Positions 17,949 through 24,446 of a stretch of 24,446 nt of DNA are shown piece after piece. The stretch covers positions 1 to 24,446 of the IMG/VR virus record IMGVR_UViG_3300005805_000475; one strand, written 5' to 3'. The notes below the pieces were generated by a model. The model ran no database searches. It was given only the letters and a program-made list of their open reading frames with translations, and was not told where the DNA came from. Position 1 is the first letter of the stretch. Every line of letters begins with the position of its first letter. A program made the position numbers and the translations under genes. The DNA comes from a virus. Lineage: Duplodnaviria > Caudoviricetes.

Positions 17949-18506
17949 CTATTCGCCATTTAAATAATCATATTCTGACAAAGATACCTGCCCCGATCTT
18001 ATAGATTTTTCCCTTGTAATCTTTTTTCCCATACTTTTTTGACCATTCCAAATAATGGCTTTGCAGTATGTTGAAAATTTTGTATCTACTTTTAATTTTG
18101 CGTGTCTGTCAGGTCTTGCCTTTTTAGGAACTATTGATTTAACAATTATGTCCAACATATTTTCTTGCTTATAACCAAACTTTTGTCTGTTTGCTCCGTG
18201 CCTAGTTCTATTTGTCCATAAATCATTAAGTTTATTTATAATTTTTCCTATAAAGAAATCGCAATTAAATTGACCAACAATGGAAAGACATTTTTCAATA
18301 TAAATCTGTCTTTTGTAATAAGAACCAGCACGAATAATAGAAAGTTGTAATTCTTGATTTATATCTTCAAAATCATCAGTGTAGTTGTTTTTCGTGTTCT
18401 TCTTTTCAAGTTGATGAGCAGCGTAATAACACAATTTACCAAAACATTTTGTAAGATGATCATACTCGTCAGTTGTAATGGGAAAAGACTGGCATATGTT
18501 CTTCAT
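17949..18506 (-). CDS. Sigma70 region-2-only sigma factor (functionally T4 gp55-like) with an internal insertion
   Basis: DFEDINQELQLSIIRA resembles region 2.2 (DLIQEG..GL..A) and TKFSTYCKAIIWN resembles region 2.3 (KFSTYA.WWI). No region 4 HTH follows. Confidence 0.65.
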   Translation of the reverse strand: MKNICQSFPITTDEYDHLTKCFGKLCYYAAHQLEKKNTKNNYTDDFEDINQELQLSIIRAGSYYKRQIYIEKCLSIVGQFNCDFFIGKIINKLNDLWTNRTRHGANRQKFGYKQENMLDIIVKSIVPKKARPDRHAKLKVDTKFSTYCKAIIWNGQKSMGKKITREKSIRSGQVSLSEYDYLNGE

Positions 18507-19831
18507 GTTTTCCTACTTGGTAATTTTATAGTTTTCATCTCCGTTAATTTCCTTCCAACACTACATGACACACTCATGTTTAGATTTGGAAACAATTTAC
18601 ATTCAGAGATCAGCGATTTATGAGAATTTAATATAACTTCCTTAAGTTTATCTTTTCTCGAATAAATCATATATCCGTCATGTACATTATATGCTATTTT
18701 TGTCAAATCCTTCAAGGATTCATAAAGATCAACAAGCTTATATAAACAAAATATTGCTGCGGGAGATTGCACAGCAAAATTTCTTGCTCTATAAAATTTG
18801 TCAGGAAAATTTCTTATTTTTCCCAAAAAATCTTCCGCTTTTTTATCAGACTCTGCTTTTTTTTGATGGCTTTCAATCCATGCGTAAGATGTGCAAAATA
18901 TATTTTTAATTCTATCAACAATCGCTTCAGATGTTTTCATGGGCAAACCAATTTTTTCAGAAATACCATAAGCACTCATTCCATAAAACACAGGAAGTAG
19001 AAACTTTTTACATAATGATCTTTTTTCTTCAGTGTCGCAGGGAGTTTTTAAAATTTTCTCATAAGCACTTTTGTAAATGTCTTCACTTTGACAAAGCTCA
19101 TTTATTTCTTTATCTTTTGATAGCCAACCCAACATTTTAACTTCCATGCTTTTATAATCCATATAAACAAACACACTTTCAAAATCCAAAGGCTTTAATG
19201 TTTCTTTTTGTTCAGGAGTGATAACATGAGGCACATATGCTCTTGTAAAAGCCTTATAACACAACATTCTGCCGTTTTCTTGTCCAGTAATTTCATAATG
19301 AGCATGAAGCTTTTCAGTTGTAAGTATACCTACAGTTTCGAGGTCTGGAATTACATTTAGAACCAAAGGCAAATGCACGGTTTTATAAATGTGATTTATC
19401 TTTGACCAATTGCTTGAAAGCATAACTTGCTTCAAACGATTCATAAATGACAAAAAATTTACAGGCTTTTCGTTTTTAGTGTCGTTGTAACTTTCTAATA
19501 TTTTAAGATCAATTATTGTTCCATTTACTTGAATTTTAATTCCATACATACCAAGAAAAAAAGACACAATGGATTTCCAATCCCAAGCCAACAATTTTTT
19601 TCCAACTTCACAACAATTCATTAAGGCTTTGGCGAAAATTCTAGCAGACCAATCATCAGCAATCGGAATTTCATGATTGCCAGAGTTTGAGGACAATAAA
19701 ATTTTCACAGATTTAGCTTTTTCTCTATTTGTAAAATCCAAAACACCATCCACAGAAGCTATAAAAACAGCACCTGTTTGAAAATGATCTAGCAAAAGCT
19801 TAACAATTTGGCTTGGATGCATCAAACTCAT
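18503..19831 (-). CDS. polA: Family A DNA polymerase-like protein, short and apparently thumb-less
   Basis: Motif A MDYKSMEVKML, motif B RSLCKKFLLPVFYG, ARNFAVQSPAA, motif C NVHDG. Degenerate N-terminal exonuclease-like region (AWDWK, IIDLKILE). Confidence 0.88.
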   Translation of the reverse strand: MSLMHPSQIVKLLLDHFQTGAVFIASVDGVLDFTNREKAKSVKILLSSNSGNHEIPIADDWSARIFAKALMNCCEVGKKLLAWDWKSIVSFFLGMYGIKIQVNGTIIDLKILESYNDTKNEKPVNFLSFMNRLKQVMLSSNWSKINHIYKTVHLPLVLNVIPDLETVGILTTEKLHAHYEITGQENGRMLCYKAFTRAYVPHVITPEQKETLKPLDFESVFVYMDYKSMEVKMLGWLSKDKEINELCQSEDIYKSAYEKILKTPCDTEEKRSLCKKFLLPVFYGMSAYGISEKIGLPMKTSEAIVDRIKNIFCTSYAWIESHQKKAESDKKAEDFLGKIRNFPDKFYRARNFAVQSPAAIFCLYKLVDLYESLKDLTKIAYNVHDGYMIYSRKDKLKEVILNSHKSLISECKLFPNLNMSVSCSVGRKLTEMKTIKLPSRKT

Positions 19832-19837
19832 TCCTAA

Positions 19838-19865
19838 AGTCTACCACGACTTACACTTAAAACAA
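19838..19865 (-). promoter_or_regulatory. Putative sigma70-type promoter giving a leaderless polA mRNA
   Basis: TTGTTT-N16-TAGACT with extended TGn. The ATG is 6 nt downstream of the -10. Confidence 0.5.
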
Positions 19866-19918
19866 TACAAAAATTTTTTTTAGTTTATATTTCTACTACT
19901 TTTATATTAAATTGTTTT

Positions 19919-20345
19919 AAACCGAGTTGCCGACTTAGTTAAGCTGCTGTTACTATAAATGAATAATATTATTACTACTCATAATAGAATCGTTTGAACT
20001 ATTTCTGTGTTTAAACATAGCGTAATTCATTTGATCCAACAGTTAACTCACAGTTTGAATTCTTATGACAATCATAAGATTCTACTTACTAAAACATTTG
20101 ATACCAATGTAGCCTTATAACTCACAGATGTTCCCATTTCTTGTCTGCAAAATGAGAGTCGGCATTTTTTGACACATCTGCGGATGACTTGGCATTCGAG
20201 CATAACAATGGCTCTCGTTGCGCCATTCGTGTTTAACACTACAAAGACTTACCTGCGAAGGCTGCTCAAGTTTTTTACAGATGACTAAATGTTGGGGTAT
20301 CTCAACAAAAAATCAAAAGGGAAGAGTAAGCTTCCTTCTTAGTAA
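19919..20345 (+). ncRNA. Putative large structured non-coding RNA (~430 nt), family unrecognised
   Basis: The only long ORF-free gap in the window. More than ten nested stems, G-U wobbles and a GCGA tetraloop favouring the + strand, and a 9-bp long-range pairing (19928-36 with 20156-64). Ends are approximate. Confidence 0.65.
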
Positions 20346-20376
20346 TAAATAAAGTTTCTATGACAAGTTGAAAGTA

Positions 20377-21024
20377 TTATAATTTACAACCATTGATTTT
20401 CCAATACAAATTTTCCTCAAAATCTTTTCCAAGAGGACAACAAAGGTCAATCAACACTTTTTCATACATCGCATTGAATGATAACATTCTTGAATGAAAT
20501 GAATTTTTATGAAAGATTTCCTTCTTAAATGGAGGAATAGGACCAAAAAGTGTATTTATGTGAAAATAAAATTCTGAATAATATTGATTGTATTTTATAG
20601 GAATGATTTTTTTAAAATTTTCTAATTTTCCACATTTCAATAACATGTTTTGAGGCGAATGAGCAAACCAGTCAAATCCCTTCATGCTTGGGCCATACCG
20701 GTTATCAACACCATTATTTATCAATATAAAATCTTCAATATTCAGTAAATCGACTTTATTTTCAAAGTTCGTAGCATAATTGGAATAACACGATATTACC
20801 CAAGATGTTAAAGGTCTATATGGTAAAAAAATTACATAATCTTTAATATTCTCAACCCAATTATCTTGTAAAAGGGTATGATGATGATTAATTTTTTTAA
20901 GAGGCGTAGGTGTGTATTTTATTTTGAAATTATTTATATTGCTTAACAATGTGGCTTTTATAGACTCCGAGGCACATCTAGGTGGCAAAAGAACAATAAA
21001 TTTGTAAAAATGATTTAAAAGCAT
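20377..21024 (-). CDS. Sulfotransferase-like protein (Sulfotransfer_2-type)
   Basis: FIVLLPPRCASESI resembles the 5'-PSB motif (PKxAS), YRPLTSWVISCY the 3'-PB motif (RxP..R..S.Y), and SPQ follows. Confidence 0.55.
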   Translation of the reverse strand: MLLNHFYKFIVLLPPRCASESIKATLLSNINNFKIKYTPTPLKKINHHHTLLQDNWVENIKDYVIFLPYRPLTSWVISCYSNYATNFENKVDLLNIEDFILINNGVDNRYGPSMKGFDWFAHSPQNMLLKCGKLENFKKIIPIKYNQYYSEFYFHINTLFGPIPPFKKEIFHKNSFHSRMLSFNAMYEKVLIDLCCPLGKDFEENLYWKINGCKL

Positions 21025-21113
21025 TTGTAATATTTATCTTTATATAATTAAAAAACCAAAACATACCAAAATAAATTTTGGTTGATGAATTTTGAAAAAA
21101 AGAGTAAATTAAT

Positions 21114-21809
21114 ATGTTCGATTTAAATTTTTTAAACAAGAAACACAATATGAATGAATTGGAAATTAAAGCCTTAAAGGTTTGTAATATTTGGATGGAA
21201 CTTAGCAGGAAAATTTTTCCAAAATACAATCATGGAAAGGTAGCTAAAGGTGATCCAAGAAAAACTTTAATGTTTAAGGTTTGTTACAAATTAGTACGAG
21301 AGACAGAAGCTTTTATTGAGGATGATGATTATAAGCTGTATGTTAGAGCGCAATTGGATATATTAAAACATATTAGTTTAGATAAAGGACATCCGCTTAT
21401 AGATGTAAATTGTCTTATAGGCGATAAAGCATGGAAAAGATGGAAGTTATGGAAGAAAAAATATGACACTACTGTTCAAATTAGAAGTAAAGTTTCCACA
21501 ACAAAGAAAAACACCAGCAAAATAAATGATTTGCTTAAAAAAACTAGAGATTTTTTCAAAATAACTTATGGAGATGTTATAAATTTTGAGAAATTTATAG
21601 AAATAGAAAAAAACGGAGAATTATATCAACATATAAATCTTGGCAGAATATCACCCTACTATTTGGTGTTATCGCCCTTTTTTGAAAAAATTTCAAAAAA
21701 TTTACAGATGAAAAAAATTCATTTTGATTTGAACATTTATAAAAGTGGAATAGATGAATCAGTAATAAAATATTTTGAAAATCTTTTTGATTATGAATTT
21801 AACTTGTAA
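21114..21809 (+). CDS. Hypothetical helical protein, possibly a T4 gp59-like helicase loader
   Basis: Clear ORF. Size and the segments LIGDKAWKRWKLWKKK and LYQHINLGRISPYYLVL loosely echo gp59. Function is speculative. Confidence 0.4.
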   Translation: MFDLNFLNKKHNMNELEIKALKVCNIWMELSRKIFPKYNHGKVAKGDPRKTLMFKVCYKLVRETEAFIEDDDYKLYVRAQLDILKHISLDKGHPLIDVNCLIGDKAWKRWKLWKKKYDTTVQIRSKVSTTKKNTSKINDLLKKTRDFFKITYGDVINFEKFIEIEKNGELYQHINLGRISPYYLVLSPFFEKISKNLQMKKIHFDLNIYKSGIDESVIKYFENLFDYEFNL

Positions 21810-22245
21810 TCCAAGTTACAAATTCACGAATACTCATAAAACCAGTTTTTCTTTTTATTTCATTGCCGTTGACATCTACGATTATAGATGTTGGTAACAT
21901 TTTTATGTTGTATTTTTCAGATAGATTTTGATGTTTTTCCACATCTATTTTTATCAAAATTAAATTTTTGGAATCTAAAGCATTTTTACTGCGTATTGAA
22001 AACAATGTATCATGCTCCATTTTCTGGCATGGTACACACCAAGAGGCTCCAAAAAGAATCATAATGTTTTTATTTTCTTTTGTTGCTTGTTGCTTAATTT
22101 CATCAAAAAAATTCTGATTTTGATTTACAATATCTTTAGATGTTGGTTTTATAAATACTGTTTCTTTGTTGCTTGTGTTATTGATAACCGTAAAAACTAA
22201 AAACATACACAAACAAGCCAATAATATATTTGTTATGCTTTTCAT
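21799..22245 (-). CDS. Thioredoxin-fold protein with N-terminal signal/membrane anchor
   Basis: FGASWCVPCQKM active site, cis-Pro motif MLPT, hydrophobic N-terminus ILLACLCMFLVFTVI. Confidence 0.85.
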   Translation of the reverse strand: MKSITNILLACLCMFLVFTVINNTSNKETVFIKPTSKDIVNQNQNFFDEIKQQATKENKNIMILFGASWCVPCQKMEHDTLFSIRSKNALDSKNLILIKIDVEKHQNLSEKYNIKMLPTSIIVDVNGNEIKRKTGFMSIREFVTWITS

Positions 22246-22252
22246 TTAACAC

Positions 22253-23053
22253 CTAGTATGTCATGAATATTTTAGATATACAATCAATTATATCGTTTGC
22301 TTCTTGAGTAGGAGAAAACCATTCGTCCCATTCGGAAGGTTGAACTTTCCATGAATGTTGTCTGGTAGTAGAATCTATGTCATAACCCCAACAACGAATC
22401 AAACCTTTTTTTGGGTCCCATAATAAATCTATATTAAACTGTTCTGCTCTTAATCCTGAAGGTGCTTCTACTCCATGACCACGAAATTCAAATACATATT
22501 TGTGATAATTTTCATTTTTTTTATACATACCGACAGGAAACATACAATAAGAAGGATAAACTTTTCTTACATTTGAAAATATTTTCAAAGATAATTTATT
22601 GAAATCTTTATATTGAACATTAGGAGAGTCAATCATTTCTTCATTAAGTTCGACCAAAAAATTATGAATATTTGAAGCGTATATTTCTTCTTTTGTATTT
22701 ACATAGCCTTCGTCTAGAGGGAATACTTTTTTGCAAATCCAATTTTCTTCACCAGATGCGTCAAATAATTTTCTACGAGCAATTATTTTGTAAGATCCCA
22801 AAGGAGTTAAATGCAATTGTAAAGCACCAGCATCATTGCCCCATTCAATAAGATTTTCAAATTTAGGATTTGCAACATATTGCCCAATGTCTGAAGAAGA
22901 TAATATTTCAGCTAATATTTTACCAGAATGAATAATATCTATTGGCAAATGGCCCTCAATAGGTTTAGTGCCACCCATGGGTTTTTTTAGTCTAGATCCA
23001 AAACCAAAATCAGCCCATTCTTTCAAATTTATAAATTTTTTAAAATTATTCAT
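22253..23053 (-). CDS. Hypothetical protein with a capsid-targeting-like N-terminus
   Basis: Start set at ATG 23053 (MNNFKKFINLKE) or 23059. The track extension to 23191 overlaps the divergent gene. Confidence 0.7.
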   Translation of the reverse strand: MNNFKKFINLKEWADFGFGSRLKKPMGGTKPIEGHLPIDIIHSGKILAEILSSSDIGQYVANPKFENLIEWGNDAGALQLHLTPLGSYKIIARRKLFDASGEENWICKKVFPLDEGYVNTKEEIYASNIHNFLVELNEEMIDSPNVQYKDFNKLSLKIFSNVRKVYPSYCMFPVGMYKKNENYHKYVFEFRGHGVEAPSGLRAEQFNIDLLWDPKKGLIRCWGYDIDSTTRQHSWKVQPSEWDEWFSPTQEANDIIDCISKIFMTY

Positions 23054-23084
23054 TATCATATATAGATTAACAAAAGGATAAAAT

Positions 23085-23357
23085 ATGAAATCATTTAAGG
23101 TTTGGGTAGAAGCAAGACAAGAAAAATTAAGTGATTTTTTAGATATTGTTTTGAATGCTATGAATTTAGATGTAGATAAAGGTGCTTCCACCCCGATTGA
23201 GTCTTTAAATAAACAAAATTTTTTGTCTAAATTACAAAACTTAGATATTTATAAAAATTTGTCTACAAAAAAGAAAGAAACTATAAAATCTAAAATTAAT
23301 TCTGAAAAAAACGGAACAGTTTTAGATGTTATAAAGCTAATGGCTGGTTATGAATAA
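23085..23357 (+). CDS. Hypothetical protein with a capsid-targeting-like N-terminus
   Basis: AAGGA SD. Begins MKSFKVWVEARQE. Confidence 0.7.
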   Translation: MKSFKVWVEARQEKLSDFLDIVLNAMNLDVDKGASTPIESLNKQNFLSKLQNLDIYKNLSTKKKETIKSKINSEKNGTVLDVIKLMAGYE

Positions 23358-24097
23358 GCTTCTGTAATCATTTCTATAAGTTTTCTGTTTAGTAAAGTTC
23401 GTTTGGCTAAATTTTCTTGCATAGGTGTTTCAGTAGTTAAATACGGACAACCGATATCATGAACTCCATTTTCTAAAGAGCATTTGTGTTTTGGAGATGA
23501 GTGCAATCTTTTCGATTTAGGATGAGAAATCAAACCATTGATGCATTTGTCTCCATGAACATCACCGTTTATAATTGGAAAATAATTTGAAGCTTCTCTG
23601 GCAATTCTGTCCCATAATGGTTTTTTAGTCTCATCAGAATAGTAAGCATAAAAACCATTTTTGGAACCATCCTCATGAAGTGTCCAAAACAAATCTGGTT
23701 TTATTTTTTTTGCTAATTCTAAAATGCTTTGTATTTCTGGATTTTTAATATGCTGACACATATCTCTATTCAAATCTTTACCATCATCAGTAAATCTTGA
23801 GTTTGATATAAAACCTGTGGCGTTTAAAACAGGAAAAAATTCAAGAGTTATGTTTTTTGGAAAGTTTTGTTTTTCAAGATAATCTAAAATTCCTGTGATA
23901 CCGCCAATTTCATCTCCGTGAATACCACCAACTAAAAATATTGTTTTGTCTTTGTTAGGATTGATTGTTGCTCTGTAAATAGGATATTCGTTTGTACAAA
24001 GTGTTGAAATTGCAGTTTTTGGAGTGCATTTAATTAACTTTGAAACATAAGAATCATAGCGATTTGAATCAGAATTAAAAAAATTTTTAAACGACAT
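23348..24097 (-). CDS. M14-family zinc carboxypeptidase (MpaA / succinylglutamate desuccinylase-like)
   Basis: GGIHGDE (HxxE), PVLNATG, R...GKDLNRD, TLHE and catalytic TTETP. Confidence 0.85.
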   Translation of the reverse strand: MSFKNFFNSDSNRYDSYVSKLIKCTPKTAISTLCTNEYPIYRATINPNKDKTIFLVGGIHGDEIGGITGILDYLEKQNFPKNITLEFFPVLNATGFISNSRFTDDGKDLNRDMCQHIKNPEIQSILELAKKIKPDLFWTLHEDGSKNGFYAYYSDETKKPLWDRIAREASNYFPIINGDVHGDKCINGLISHPKSKRLHSSPKHKCSLENGVHDIGCPYLTTETPMQENLAKRTLLNRKLIEMITEAYS

Positions 24098-24132
24098 ATT
24101 TTATTTATGTTTATGTGTCTTTATAATTTTAT

Positions 24133-24408
24133 ATGCGTAGCAAAAAAAGCAAAAAACAAATCAAAAAACTGTGCGATAAAAAATGTTATTTTTGTACAGA
24201 ATCAGATTATAATTTGTTGGATGTTCACAGAATAATAGAGGGTAAAGATGGTGGGAAATATCAAGAAGCAAATATGGTTACTGTTTGTTGTAAATGTCAC
24301 AGAAAAATACATTCTGGTAAAATAAAAATATTTAGAAAATACACAACAAGCCTTGGAAAAATTGTTTTGCATTTTATTGATGAAAATGGTGTTGAGAAAT
24401 TTGAATAA
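24133..24408 (+). CDS. Small HNH endonuclease
   Basis: CYFC, LDVHRII, GGKY...NMVTVCCKCHRKIH. Confidence 0.85.
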   Translation: MRSKKSKKQIKKLCDKKCYFCTESDYNLLDVHRIIEGKDGGKYQEANMVTVCCKCHRKIHSGKIKIFRKYTTSLGKIVLHFIDENGVEKFE

Positions 24409-24446
24409 TTATATTTCAAAAGGATTTAATTCGGATATTTTTACAT

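Noticed and set aside
10554-19140. Numerous 60-130-aa + strand ORFs antisense to the replication genes
   Set aside because: No motifs or SDs, and they lie wholly opposite well-supported genes.
20044-20127. Mini CRISPR array
   Set aside because: Only two 10-nt repeats, too short for CRISPR, and no cas genes in the window.
19919-20345. Group I intron, tmRNA, RNase P or tRNA identity for the non-coding gap
   Set aside because: GACTAAAT at 20283 resembles group I P7, but no AAGATATAGTC-like partner follows and no gene is interrupted. There are no tmRNA ends, no GAGGAAAGTCC and no cloverleaf with a T-loop.
23060-23191. N-terminal extension of the 22253..23191 ORF
   Set aside because: It overlaps the divergent 23085 gene. 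The start at 23053 gives the shared N-terminal motif.
1-24446. Stop-codon reassignment as seen in some large phages
   Set aside because: Recognisable genes are full length in the standard code, and TAA, TAG and TGA all end genes at tight junctions.

Overview
AT-rich, densely coding window read in the standard genetic code, most consistent with the replication/recombination module of a large T4-like lytic dsDNA phage; the host cannot be determined. Core genes: gp32-like SSB, UvsX/RecA, UvsY-like mediator, gp41/DnaB helicase, a possible gp59-like loader, dNMP kinase, dCMP deaminase, a gp4/TnsA-type nuclease and a region-2-only sigma factor. Accessory genes: two HNH nucleases, a Hel308/Ski2-like helicase, amidoligase, Glf, a GT-A glycosyltransferase, a sulfotransferase-like protein, GNAT, thioredoxin and an M14 peptidase. 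The most striking locus is 17949-20345. A family A DNA polymerase keeps motifs A/B/C but appears to lack the whole thumb subdomain, is translationally coupled to the odd sigma factor, and lies head-to-head with a ~430-nt non-coding stretch that folds by eye into a multi-stem, probably pseudoknotted + strand RNA. All calls come from motif recognition by eye; no searches or folding programs were run.
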